A DNA stretch of 64,000 bases from an uncultured Arachnia sp. (GCA_947493995.1 CANLTJ010000003.1:29298-93297), one strand, 5' to 3'. Counted from the first letter of the stretch, positions 1 to 9,519 are shown. Notes: a model not told the origin generated them from the letters alone. Numbers and translations: made by a program.

Positions 1-951
1 CAGCATGCACAGGAGGCCTTCTACTCCGCGGGAATGCAGTCGATCGGAGTGGGATTGCTCGTCGCCGCCGTCGGAGCAATCGCCGTGACACTGGTGACGA
101 CGCGACGGCTCAGCCGGTGGCTCAGTGCTCTCAGCCGAGGGGCGGAACGTGTATCCGCCGGTCACTACGAACAACCCGTCTCCCTGAGCCACGCCAGTCC
201 TGAGCTGGAGCGTGTGGCCGACGCCTTCAACGGCATGGCGGCCCAGATAGAGACTACGGAGTCCCGACGGCGAAAGCTCCTCACCGATGTCGCACATGAA
301 CTCCGCACCCCCATCGCCGCAATCGACGTGACCCTGGAGGGACTGGAGGACGGGGTGATCGCGCCCGGGGACCAGGCCTATGCCACGCTGCGTGCGCAGT
401 CCGCCCGATTGGCGAGGCTGGCCGCCGACATCCGTGACGTCAGTGCTGCGGAGGAGGGACGTCAGCACATCAGCCTGCGAAGGACGACGGCGGGGGAGCT
501 CGTCGAAGTCTGCATCCGTGAGTGGGCCGGACGATTCTCCGAAGCGGGCGTCGCCCTGCGATGCAGTGTGGACGACGACGCCGAGGTGGATGTGGACCGG
601 GCCCGCATCGAACAGGTGCTGGACAACGTGTTGGCCAACGCTCTGCGTCACACGCCGCGGGGTGGACGCGTGGAAGTTCGAGCCGTACCCGTGGCCGGAC
701 GGGTAGCCATCGTCGTCACCGACGACGGCGAGGGCATCAGCGCCGAGGCGCTGCCCCACGTCATGGAGCGCTTCTATCGAGCAGATCCTGCCCGCGGGAG
801 AGCCGACGGTTCCGGAACCGGCGTGGGTCTGGCGATCTCCCGAGCGATGGCTCGCGCCCACGGAGGGGACCTGACCGCCCACAGTGACGGACCGGGACGC
901 GGTGCCACTTTCACGTTGTCTCTGCCATCTTCATCAAATCTTCACCGATGA
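1..951 (+). CDS. Sensor histidine kinase (HAMP-HisKA-HATPase, BaeS/CusS-like), 5'-truncated by window edge
   Basis: Frame is open from base 1. It has the H-box DVAHELRTP, N-box QVLDNVLANALRH, G1 DDGEGI and G2 GTGVGLAI, with a TM segment before the HAMP domain. Confidence 0.92.
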   Translation, partial: QHAQEAFYSAGMQSIGVGLLVAAVGAIAVTLVTTRRLSRWLSALSRGAERVSAGHYEQPVSLSHASPELERVADAFNGMAAQIETTESRRRKLLTDVAHELRTPIAAIDVTLEGLEDGVIAPGDQAYATLRAQSARLARLAADIRDVSAAEEGRQHISLRRTTAGELVEVCIREWAGRFSEAGVALRCSVDDDAEVDVDRARIEQVLDNVLANALRHTPRGGRVEVRAVPVAGRVAIVVTDDGEGISAEALPHVMERFYRADPARGRADGSGTGVGLAISRAMARAHGGDLTAHSDGPGRGATFTLSLPSSSNLHR

Positions 952-1054
952 AGCGTTGAACCGGAGTGCGTCGTCGGCATGCTGGAAGCCAGTCCAGGCT
1001 TTATCGCCGCGACAAGTCCACATCGTTGTTCCTCAAGCCTCAAGGAAAGTGACC

Positions 1055-1696
1055 ATGACCCGCATACGAACCGCCGTTCTCTCCGCTGCCCTGCTGTTCG
1101 GCCTGGGAGCTGTCGGAGGCTGCAGCACCGTCACCGGTTCCGGCGCAGAGCCGGCCGTGAGCACGACGTCACCAGCGGATGCCGAGGCGCCAACCGGAGA
1201 TGTCGAGGCGCCAACCGGAGATGCCGAGGCGCTGTTGTCCGCTCACGGGCTCTCCGGCATGACCGCACGGGAGGTCGTGGAGACCCTCGACCAGGACCCG
1301 GCCGCTCGCCCACTTGAAATCATGGGATCCGTCACCTACGACGAGGTCGTCCTCAGTGATGAAACCGCCGAGGTCTCCCTTCCGCTCGACGGCGACGAGT
1401 TCTACATCTCCGCGGCGCCGTACGAGACCAGAACCCATGACTGCTACTTCCACAGCCTCGGGACCTGCCAGGGCGAACTGACCAACACCGACGTCCACGT
1501 GAGCGTTGTCTCCGACGACGGTGAGACCCTCATCGATGAGGACATGACCACCTATGCCAACGGCTTTGTCGGTTTCTGGGTACCGAAGGACATCTCGGGC
1601 ACGGTCACGATCACCAAGGACGGCCTGACCGCTGAAGTGCCGTTCTCCTCCGACGAGGAGGGAGCAACGTGTCTAACCACTGTGGAACTCACCTGA
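1055..1696 (+). CDS. cueP: CueP-family copper-binding lipoprotein
   Basis: ATG at 1055 after AAGGAAAG, with lipobox VGGC. Motifs FYISAAPYETRTHDCYFHSLGTCQGEL, NGFVGFWVP and C-terminal TCLTT match the CueP His/Cys pattern. Confidence 0.8.
   Translation: MTRIRTAVLSAALLFGLGAVGGCSTVTGSGAEPAVSTTSPADAEAPTGDVEAPTGDAEALLSAHGLSGMTAREVVETLDQDPAARPLEIMGSVTYDEVVLSDETAEVSLPLDGDEFYISAAPYETRTHDCYFHSLGTCQGELTNTDVHVSVVSDDGETLIDEDMTTYANGFVGFWVPKDISGTVTITKDGLTAEVPFSSDEEGATCLTTVELT
1178..1232 (+). repeat. In-frame 21-nt tandem repeat (about 2.6 copies) in the CueP linker
   Basis: GATGCCGAGGCGCCAACCGGA / GATGTCGAGGCGCCAACCGGA / GATGCCGAGGCGC, encoding DAEAPTG-DVEAPTG-DAEA. Confidence 0.9.
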
Positions 1697-1801
1697 TTCG
1701 ACGGGCCTGCTGGACCGGAAGCTCCGTGACAACGACAAACAAATTTTCCTGAGAATGTTCAGTATTAGGTCAAACCGTCCCGGACAGGCGATAATGGAAG
1801 A

Positions 1802-2548
1802 GTGAAGCCACTTCCGCTGCGCGTCTGTCTCCACAATGACTACGAGGTAGTCGTCCGTGGCCTACAGTCCATGCTCCAGCCCTACGAAGATCGCGTGCGC
1901 GTCGTGGAGCTCGACAGCCGAATGCCCGTCTCCAGAGACGTCGAGATCACCCTCTACGACACCTTCGGCCGGGCTCAGGCGGACGGAGATGAGATCGAGG
2001 ACATCCTGGAGAACAGTCACGCTGGCAAAGTCGTGATCTACACCTGGAACATGCACCCCGTCCTGATTGACCAAGCCCTGGCCAAGGGTTGCTACGGATA
2101 CATCGACAAGGGGATCTCCGGTGAGGACCTCGTGCACGCGCTCGAACGCATCGATGCGGGTGACGTGGTGGTATCTCCCGTCCGCTCCAGCAACGTCAAC
2201 GCTAACCTCGACGGCCACGTCGCCCAAGAGCGGCAATTGCCTCCAGACTCCCACCCCCATGTTCTCGGCGCGAACCCGGATGACACAAAGTCCGCAGCGT
2301 TCGGAGGCGGCCAATGGCCCGGGAGGCACGCCAAGCTGAGTGCCCGTGAGGCCGAGGTCCTGGTCCTCATCACGCAGGGTTACACCAACAACGACATTGC
2401 CGCGCGCAGCTACCTCAGCATCAACTCCGTCAAGTCCTACATCCGCTCCGCCTACAGGAAGATCGGTGTGGAGCGTCGCTCGCAGGCCGTGCGATGGGGA
2501 ATGGAGAACGGAATGCTGCCGGACACGAGCCGCACGATCGTCGCCTGA
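1802..2548 (+). CDS. NarL/LuxR-family response regulator
   Basis: Receiver-like N-terminus (LYDTF, YTW, YIDK) and a C-terminal LuxR HTH (LSAREAEVL...TNNDIA...SINSVKSYIRSAYRKIG). Confidence 0.85.
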   Translation: MKPLPLRVCLHNDYEVVVRGLQSMLQPYEDRVRVVELDSRMPVSRDVEITLYDTFGRAQADGDEIEDILENSHAGKVVIYTWNMHPVLIDQALAKGCYGYIDKGISGEDLVHALERIDAGDVVVSPVRSSNVNANLDGHVAQERQLPPDSHPHVLGANPDDTKSAAFGGGQWPGRHAKLSAREAEVLVLITQGYTNNDIAARSYLSINSVKSYIRSAYRKIGVERRSQAVRWGMENGMLPDTSRTIVA

Positions 2549-2549
2549 C

Positions 2550-3290
2550 CTACTCCTCGACGCCGCCCCCTCCGCCTTCGCCGACTGTGTCCAGCTCGCG
2601 CAGGTAGTGCGCGAAGCCGGTTGGAATCTTGCTGTGTCTGCGTGAGGATGTGACTACTCGCGTGGTATCCGTGGCCAACCATCGGCCCTCCAGTTCTCGC
2701 ACACGCTTGGCGAGAGCCACATCCTCGTGCACGCTCTTGGCACCGAAACCCCCCGCCGCCTCCCAGTACGAGAGCCGGATCCCCAGATTCGCGCCGTGCA
2801 CGTGTGGGTGTCCCTCGCCCAGTATGTGTTCCGCGAACCACAGACGGTGCGCCGACAGCTGGTGGGGCAGGGCAGGACCCGGTTCGACCGTCCCGAGGAC
2901 GAGATCAAGGCCGGAATCGGCCAGGCTGCACTGCCGGTGCAGCCACGTATTCGGCACCACCGTGTCTGCATCCGTGTTGGCCACCCAGATGCGTTCCGCG
3001 CCGTGGTGCGTGAGGTGGCATCGCGCCGCCCGTACCCCGGCGTCCCGGGTGGCACCGACATTCCCGAACGGGGCATCCACCACGAGCAAGGGCATCTCGT
3101 CGCAGAATCTCTGAGCAACCGCGGCGGACCCGTCAACGCATCTGTCGAGGGATGCCACAACCACCACGTCGAGGGTGATGCGTTGCACTGCTTCCCGAAC
3201 TGATTCCAGACAGGCGCTCAGCAGACTCTCCTCGTTGTGGACCGGAATGACGACGGCCAGTGCGGTGATCGGGAGCTGGCTCCCGGTCAT
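2550..3290 (-). CDS. Glycosyltransferase family 2
   Basis: VVIPVHNEE, DxD motif NTDADTVVP, GANLGIR and HEDV. Start overlaps the upstream stop (ATGA). Confidence 0.85.
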   Translation of the reverse strand: MTGSQLPITALAVVIPVHNEESLLSACLESVREAVQRITLDVVVVASLDRCVDGSAAVAQRFCDEMPLLVVDAPFGNVGATRDAGVRAARCHLTHHGAERIWVANTDADTVVPNTWLHRQCSLADSGLDLVLGTVEPGPALPHQLSAHRLWFAEHILGEGHPHVHGANLGIRLSYWEAAGGFGAKSVHEDVALAKRVRELEGRWLATDTTRVVTSSRRHSKIPTGFAHYLRELDTVGEGGGGGVEE

Positions 3291-4612
3291 CGCGGCTGGT
3301 CTGCGAGTCGAAACACGTCGAGAACGAAGTCCTGATCATCGATGGTGGTGTGCGGGATGCCCAGTTGCCCTCGCAGAATGCGATGCACCTCTGGGCCATC
3401 CAGCGGCCAGCCCCGCACGTCATGGCGCCAGTGACACGCCACCACAGTGTTTGAGGCGGAGTTCGCGATGAGTTCAGCCAGCTCCCGCATCCGCCGGGGA
3501 CTGAGGAAATAGCCGAGTTCGGAGACGACGATGAGATCGGCATCCAGTCGCCGCAGATCGTCCGGAATGCGTTGGTGGAGCAACTCGACGTGGCTGAGGT
3601 GAGCGACAGTGCGCTGCGCCCTGCTCAGAGCCGCGGCGCTCGAATCGATCGCCAGCACATGGCGTGCCCGTTCCGCCAGATCAGCGGCCAGGGCTCCTAC
3701 CGAACAGCCCAGTTCCACGGCGCGGTCATACGTCGGCTCGGGAAGGACCGCCAGGGTGCATGCGCGTTTGCGGCGCTCGTAGAAGCTGGTGTGGACCGAC
3801 CAGGGATCAGCGTGGCTGGAATGCAGTTCCTCGAAGGGGTTCCTCTCGGAGGGTGAACCGTCGAAGAACACCTCGAATGCCCGCTCGAAGTGGGACAGCA
3901 TGGCGGGTGTAACGACGGCGTCGTCCCCCGGCTGGTCGCTGAGGGGCAGGATCTGCGAACGGTGCTTCTGCATAGCCGTCCGTTTCGCCCGGAAGGCGTC
4001 GGAGGAAAGGGCAAGATTCGGGCCGGGTGGCATCGCGGCGTCGGGCGAACCCCAGTGCCACCACCAGATGGGCGCCTCGAGGAGCTGGGCATCGGTGCGC
4101 CATGCGGCACTGGCAGCGGCCCGTGCGGCTGCCTCGTGATCGGGATGGCCGTCACCACGCCACGTTGAGACCAGTAGCGTCTCTGCGCCGTCGAGGGCGA
4201 TGACGTCCACCAGAAGTTCGACGAGGGAATCGATGGACGCGCCCAGATCCCCGTCGGCGTAACCCGGCATGTGCAGCGTGGCGTTCGGTGCCAGGGCCTG
4301 CACGGCATCCTCCACCTCCGGGCGGCGCAGCGCCACGAGATCCGTACGGGAATGAGTGGGTGAATGGGGGTGGGAGCCTTCACCGTCGGTCGCCACCACC
4401 ACCGTGACGGGGATGCCCCGCGCGTGGGCCATCGCGATGAGGCCGCCGGCCATCAGGGTCTCGTCGTCCGGATGGGCAGCCACCACCACAAGGTGCTGGA
4501 CCGCCGAGAGGTCCAGTTCGGGACGCTCGCCACGTGCCAGAGCGCTGGCCCATCTCGTTTCTGGGACCGTGTCATCAGTGTGGTGGAATGACGGCGGTGG
4601 TGTCACGCCCAT
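3287..4612 (-). CDS. PIG-L/LmbE-family deacetylase fused to a NodS-like SAM-dependent methyltransferase
   Basis: AAHPDDETL and GDGHPDHEAA zinc-deacetylase motifs, plus C-terminal DPW...YERRKR and ELGCSVG SAM motif. An alternative start GTG at 4606 overlaps the upstream stop. Confidence 0.85.
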   Translation of the reverse strand: MGVTPPPSFHHTDDTVPETRWASALARGERPELDLSAVQHLVVVAAHPDDETLMAGGLIAMAHARGIPVTVVVATDGEGSHPHSPTHSRTDLVALRRPEVEDAVQALAPNATLHMPGYADGDLGASIDSLVELLVDVIALDGAETLLVSTWRGDGHPDHEAAARAAASAAWRTDAQLLEAPIWWWHWGSPDAAMPPGPNLALSSDAFRAKRTAMQKHRSQILPLSDQPGDDAVVTPAMLSHFERAFEVFFDGSPSERNPFEELHSSHADPWSVHTSFYERRKRACTLAVLPEPTYDRAVELGCSVGALAADLAERARHVLAIDSSAAALSRAQRTVAHLSHVELLHQRIPDDLRRLDADLIVVSELGYFLSPRRMRELAELIANSASNTVVACHWRHDVRGWPLDGPEVHRILRGQLGIPHTTIDDQDFVLDVFRLADQPR

Positions 4613-5649
4613 GTGGACTCCATGCCGGTGAGGAGGGCATCACCCACCGTCGCCGCATCCCGTTCAGCCTTGTGCTGGCGCAGGTAGACCTCCAGGTCGC
4701 TGACGCGGCGGGCGTGTTCCTCGTCGAGGGTGAGCGGGCCCGGACCCAGCCCGTGTGCCGCACAGCGCAGCACCGCCTCGCACGCATCGTGGACGAGGTG
4801 GCGAACCCGCAGAGCCGAGGCCCAAACACCCGAACCCTGCAACCCGCCGGAATCGACGGCGTGGGCGGCTTGTGCGAGGACGGCCGCTGCTGCATGCAGC
4901 CTGGTGTCGGCCTCACCCAGCAGCATCCGGGAAATCTGGTCGGGATCCCGACTGGTTGCTGATGACAGCATCGAGCGGGCGATTCCTGCCGCTCCTCCCC
5001 ACCAGATCGCAGCCACCCCGATGCCACCCCATGCGAAGCCGGGCCTGTTCAGATACCAGCCATCCTCACCCACGGGTGTGGCGGGGACTTCATCGAAGTC
5101 CACCGGGACCGACACCACCTGAGCCAGCCCACGCGCCGCCCACGGCGCCTCCGCAGCGCTCACGCCCGGATGGTGGAGATCGACGGCGAACAGTCGCCGC
5201 GTGCTCTGCGATGTCCATGCCGTGATGAGTGCCCTGTCGAGATGTGAGGCCAGGGAACACCAGGGTTTGCGGCCATTGAGGAGGAACCCATCGTCACGCG
5301 TGGTGGCATCGAGGCGGGTGCCCGGACCCTCTGCCGCGAACACCCCCCAGGTGGCTTCGTCGGTGCTGTCGCGCAGGCCGCCTCCGGGCGCTTCAGCCAG
5401 GATCGCCAGTGCATCCACATGGGGTTCCAACGCTCGGGCGACGGTGAGGTCAATGGCCGCCAGGTCCGCCAGCGACTGCCAGAGCTGCAGGGTACGCCCC
5501 GTACCGGGGCGATCGAGCAGTTCTCCGACGGCGGGAGCAATGCGCAGAGCCGCTATCGGATCACCTGCCGCTTCGCGGGCTGCAGCGCATACACCGTCCC
5601 ACCCGGCGGGCCGTGAAACGTCCGCCGCGCCCGTCTCAAAACGCACCAT
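4603..5649 (-). CDS. Acyl-CoA dehydrogenase-like flavoprotein
   Basis: LNGRKPWCS middle-domain motif, VSVPVDFD, and a C-terminal helical domain ending HGLGPGPL...DLEVYLRQH. Confidence 0.75.
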   Translation of the reverse strand: MVRFETGAADVSRPAGWDGVCAAAREAAGDPIAALRIAPAVGELLDRPGTGRTLQLWQSLADLAAIDLTVARALEPHVDALAILAEAPGGGLRDSTDEATWGVFAAEGPGTRLDATTRDDGFLLNGRKPWCSLASHLDRALITAWTSQSTRRLFAVDLHHPGVSAAEAPWAARGLAQVVSVPVDFDEVPATPVGEDGWYLNRPGFAWGGIGVAAIWWGGAAGIARSMLSSATSRDPDQISRMLLGEADTRLHAAAAVLAQAAHAVDSGGLQGSGVWASALRVRHLVHDACEAVLRCAAHGLGPGPLTLDEEHARRVSDLEVYLRQHKAERDAATVGDALLTGMESTWA

Positions 5650-5814
5650 GGAGGCCTACAGTAGGGCCGGGGATAGGGCAATGCAGCTCACCCTGCCGGG
5701 GGAAGTGAACGCCCTCGATGACCGGGGTGGGACCCGAGATGACGGGCAGGGATCGTCGGTGCCAAACTGGAGCTGTCCGCGAACGACCTCTTCTCATTCA
5801 CAAAGGATATCTGC

Positions 5815-8010
5815 ATGACCTCCACAGGCCGCGTCACTCTGCCGATCGAGCAGGGCATGGACGAGCAGCTCCCCGGCATCCTGTCCCGTCTGGGGGCAGA
5901 TGCAGTGCGCAACTCGGATGGCACATGGCTGCCGGAGATCACACCGCAGCTGGGCGTGAAGGTCTACGAAACGTACTTCCCGGCACGTGGCGACCAGGAA
6001 TTCGCCCTGGCACACCTCGACGCCAGGCCGCGCGTGTATCTGATGTCGGAGCGCGCCGCGGCACCAGCGGAGGGTCCCCTCGAGATCGAAATCATGCGTG
6101 GCTACCTCCCTCTGCAGGTGACGCCCGACATGACGGAAGTCACCCGCTGGTGGGAAGTGATTGACCGCACCACGGGTGACGTGGTGGACGTGTCGCAGTG
6201 GAGCGTGGCGGGGGAGGACAGCGAAACGATCGTCACCCTGACGAACCCGGTGCCGTTCCACGTCTACACCGTCAACTTCCTGGCGTGGCAGGCCTGGGAC
6301 TCGACGCAGATGTACAACTACACCACCAACAACTGGCAGAACGACCCGACGCGGGTCCGCGAGATCGGCTATGACGCCTGGCATCCCGAGGCGTGGGAGT
6401 TCATGCAGCAGTCCCTGCGCGACTGGTGCAGCGAGCGTCCGGAAGTGGATGTGGTGCGCTTCACCACGTTCTTCTACCACTTCACGCTGGTGTTCAATGA
6501 CCTCTCCAAGGAGAAGTACGTCGACTGGTTCGGCTACAGCGCGTCCGTCTCACCCCGCGCCATGGATGCCTTCGAGGCCGAGTACGGCTACGCCCTGCGC
6601 GCCGAGGATTTCGTCGACGAGGGCTACTACAACTCACCTTTCCGCACTCCATCGAAGACCTACCTGGACTGGATCGACTTCCAGTCGCGCGCCGTCTGCG
6701 AGCGAGCCAAGGTGCTCGTAGATATCGTCCACGAGCACGGCAAGGAAGCCATGATGTTCTTGGGCGACACCTGGATCGGCACCGAGCCGTACGGTGAGCA
6801 CTTCTCCAGCATCGGCATGGACGCAGTCGTGGGCTCCGTGGGATCCGGCGCCACGTGCCGCATGATCTCCGACATCACGGGCGCCACTTACACCGAGGGA
6901 CGTTTTCTGCCCTACTTCTTCCCCGACGTGTTCACCGAGGGGGGCGACCCGTTGGGTGAGGCCAACACGTCCTGGCTGAACGCACGCCGCGCCATCGCAC
7001 GCCAACCCCTGGATCGCATCGGCTACGGCGGGTACCTCAGTCTGGCGGTGAAGTTCCCGGACTTCGTGGCTCGGGTCGAGGAGATCACTGATGAGTTCCG
7101 AGCCATCCATGAGCTCGGAGGCGGGCAACGTCCCGAGAACGCACCCATTCGTGTGGCGATCGTGAACGCGTGGGGGAGCCTGCGGACATGGCAGACGCAC
7201 ATGGTGGCCCACGCGCTCTGGTACAAGCAGATCTACTCCTACCTCGGTGTGATCGAGGCGCTCAGCGGCCTGCCGTTCGAGGTGGAGTGGTTGAGTTTCG
7301 ACGACGTGCGTGCAGGTGCGCTGGAGGGCGTCGACGTCGTGTGCAACGTCGGCGCCGCCAACACGGCGTTCTCGGGCGGGGCCGAGTGGCTGGATGCAGA
7401 TCTGGTGACTGCAATGCGCGCCCACGTGGCCCGTGGCGGCGGGTTCATCGGCATCGGGGAGCCGTCCGCCGTGGCAGCCGGAGGGGCATACTTCCAACTC
7501 TCGGACGTGCTGGGTGTGGACAAGGAGATGGGCTGGTCCCAGTCCACCAATCGATACCCGGTTGCGCACGGCGAGCACTTCATCACAGCGGACCTGCGCC
7601 AGCGCGCCGATGTCGGTGAGGGGGCCGGGGACATCTTCGCCGTGGGCGGGGTGCAGGTGCTGCAGCTCGACGAGGAGTCGGTGGACATCGCAGCGAACAC
7701 CGCAGGCAGGGGGCGAGCCGTCTACTTCGCCGGCCTGCCCTACACCACCGACAATGCTCGCCTGTTGCACCGGGCCATCTACTGGGCAGCTGGCAGGGAG
7801 GACGAGTTCGCCTCGCACTGGACCAGCGCGAACCCCGACGTGGAGGTGGCCGTGTTCCCGGAATCGGGTAAGGCGCTGCTCATGAACAATTCGGGAGCCC
7901 CTGCCAGCACAGTGGTCGCCGGCCGTGCCACCGGTTTCCTCGGCGATGGCGAGGTGGTCTCGCACGAAGTGCAGCTCGGCGCCATGGAATCGCGCTGGCT
8001 GGACATCTGA
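5815..8010 (+). CDS. gnpA: 1,3-beta-galactosyl-N-acetylhexosamine phosphorylase (GH112, GNB/LNB phosphorylase)
   Basis: N-terminus TGRVTLP...GADAVRNSDGT, VVRFTTFFYHFTL, YVDWFGYSASVSP, EGRFLPYFFPD and RIGYGGYLSLA; 731 aa. Confidence 0.93.
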   Translation: MTSTGRVTLPIEQGMDEQLPGILSRLGADAVRNSDGTWLPEITPQLGVKVYETYFPARGDQEFALAHLDARPRVYLMSERAAAPAEGPLEIEIMRGYLPLQVTPDMTEVTRWWEVIDRTTGDVVDVSQWSVAGEDSETIVTLTNPVPFHVYTVNFLAWQAWDSTQMYNYTTNNWQNDPTRVREIGYDAWHPEAWEFMQQSLRDWCSERPEVDVVRFTTFFYHFTLVFNDLSKEKYVDWFGYSASVSPRAMDAFEAEYGYALRAEDFVDEGYYNSPFRTPSKTYLDWIDFQSRAVCERAKVLVDIVHEHGKEAMMFLGDTWIGTEPYGEHFSSIGMDAVVGSVGSGATCRMISDITGATYTEGRFLPYFFPDVFTEGGDPLGEANTSWLNARRAIARQPLDRIGYGGYLSLAVKFPDFVARVEEITDEFRAIHELGGGQRPENAPIRVAIVNAWGSLRTWQTHMVAHALWYKQIYSYLGVIEALSGLPFEVEWLSFDDVRAGALEGVDVVCNVGAANTAFSGGAEWLDADLVTAMRAHVARGGGFIGIGEPSAVAAGGAYFQLSDVLGVDKEMGWSQSTNRYPVAHGEHFITADLRQRADVGEGAGDIFAVGGVQVLQLDEESVDIAANTAGRGRAVYFAGLPYTTDNARLLHRAIYWAAGREDEFASHWTSANPDVEVAVFPESGKALLMNNSGAPASTVVAGRATGFLGDGEVVSHEVQLGAMESRWLDI

Positions 8011-8026
8011 GGGATACCGGCCGGGG

Positions 8027-8542
8027 TCAGACTGCCTCGCCGGGTGAGGGCTCGCGCGGCAGCGATTCCGCGACGGCGATTCTGGTGACCCGCATGCGCA
8101 TCGCCACGATGGAGACCACGGCGACCATGAGGACTCCGAGCCCGACGGTCAGGGCAGGGTTGACGGACCAGAGACGCGTGACCGCGAGGAAACCGGCGAA
8201 ACCCACCGTCCCGTACAGGAACGCCCACATCACGCAGCCGACGGTCACCGACGGCAGGTATCTGCGCATCGGCATCCGCGCCACGCCCGCGGCCAGGTTC
8301 ACCATGGTCTGAATTCCCACCGTGAGGAAGCTGACTGCGACGGCAGGAGCGCCCCAGCGATTGATCCACCGCACGCCTAACGCGTACGCGCGGCTGTCCA
8401 ACACGCGCGAGAACCGGCTTCGTCCTGTGCCTGCGACGATCGCGCGCCCCAACCAGTACGTCGCATTCGCGCGGAGCATGACGATGATGAACAGGGCGCC
8501 CACAACGACGAGGTAAGGAGCCTGCCATGTGGTGGGGTCCAT
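8027..8542 (-). CDS. DedA/VTT-family membrane protein
   Basis: RANATYWLGR, FLTVGIQTMVNLAAG..RMP..RYL, several TM segments. Confidence 0.8.
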   Translation of the reverse strand: MDPTTWQAPYLVVVGALFIIVMLRANATYWLGRAIVAGTGRSRFSRVLDSRAYALGVRWINRWGAPAVAVSFLTVGIQTMVNLAAGVARMPMRRYLPSVTVGCVMWAFLYGTVGFAGFLAVTRLWSVNPALTVGLGVLMVAVVSIVAMRMRVTRIAVAESLPREPSPGEAV

Positions 8543-8643
8543 CCGTGCTCCTTGCCGAAACGCCTGCCACTTCATCCTAGGTCGCTCAGGAAGTGGCGCC
8601 CAATTCCCGTTTTGCTAGGTTGGCAACGAACAGGAGGTGGGCC

Positions 8644-9519
8644 GTGGCAGACATCGATGACTTCGATCTGGACGCGACGATGGAGATGGCCTGGCAGGAT
8701 TTCGCGAATCGTCTGGCCGAGGTGCTCTCCGTCATGGACGACACCAGCGATCTGTGTATCTCCGTGGCCGCCAACACCGTGCCCGGCACGACGCCGCCGG
8801 TGATCACCTTCTCCTACCAGGAGCCAGCCAGTGTCGCCGCAACTCTGCGGGGCGCCGACCACGAAGTTCTGACACGGCTCGGTTGGCAGGATGACGGCGA
8901 CGGAGCCCATCATGTGCGCTGGGACCAGGAGGACACCTCCGAACTGGCATCCCTGGTGTCCCGGACCATGCGGGAGGGCCTGGGAGCCATACATCCCGTC
9001 TTCCTGGAACCCGACCAGCTTGCAGACATCCTCAAGCCCGGCGTCCCAGTGGAGCGAGGCGTGGGCGTCCTACCCGGTCCCTTCGGCATCGTTATGCCTA
9101 CCAGCAGGGATGATCTGGACGCCGTGGTGGGTGCGGAACTTGAAAGAGCGTTCGGTCACCCACCCATGCGGGACAGTCAGGGAGACGTCGCCATTCGTAT
9201 CGGCTCCACCATGCTCTTCCTGCGCTCCACTCCCGATTTCGAGGAACTGGTGCTCTTCGCCGTGCTGGTCCATGACGTGGAGGGCCGCTCACGCGCCTGC
9301 GAGGTGCTGAACGATCTGAACCGGGAGTCTCGCTACTGCCGCTTCTCCCTGCACCTGGACCGAGTCTTCGTCCAAGTTTCGGTCCCCGCGAGGCCGTTCG
9401 TTCCCATTCACCTCAGGAGGGCTCTGGCCACCATCTCTCAGACCGCCGACGGCATCGACGACGAGCTGGCGGCACGTCTGCGCGGCCGCACGACATTTGA
9501 CCAAGGTGGGACGCCGTGA
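8644..9519 (+). CDS. T3SS-chaperone/YbjN-like peptide-binding protein (TY-Chap type, two domains)
   Basis: GTG at 8644 after AGGAGG. N-domain AWQDF...LA.VL..M; C-domain RDSQGDVAIRIGSTMLF...LNDLNRESRYCRFSL...ADGIDDEL, typical of the YbjN/CesT fold. Confidence 0.6.
   Translation: MADIDDFDLDATMEMAWQDFANRLAEVLSVMDDTSDLCISVAANTVPGTTPPVITFSYQEPASVAATLRGADHEVLTRLGWQDDGDGAHHVRWDQEDTSELASLVSRTMREGLGAIHPVFLEPDQLADILKPGVPVERGVGVLPGPFGIVMPTSRDDLDAVVGAELERAFGHPPMRDSQGDVAIRIGSTMLFLRSTPDFEELVLFAVLVHDVEGRSRACEVLNDLNRESRYCRFSLHLDRVFVQVSVPARPFVPIHLRRALATISQTADGIDDELAARLRGRTTFDQGGTP

Noticed and set aside
884-1054. Upstream start for the CueP ORF
   Set aside because: It overlaps the kinase. The signal peptide and RBS point to ATG 1055.
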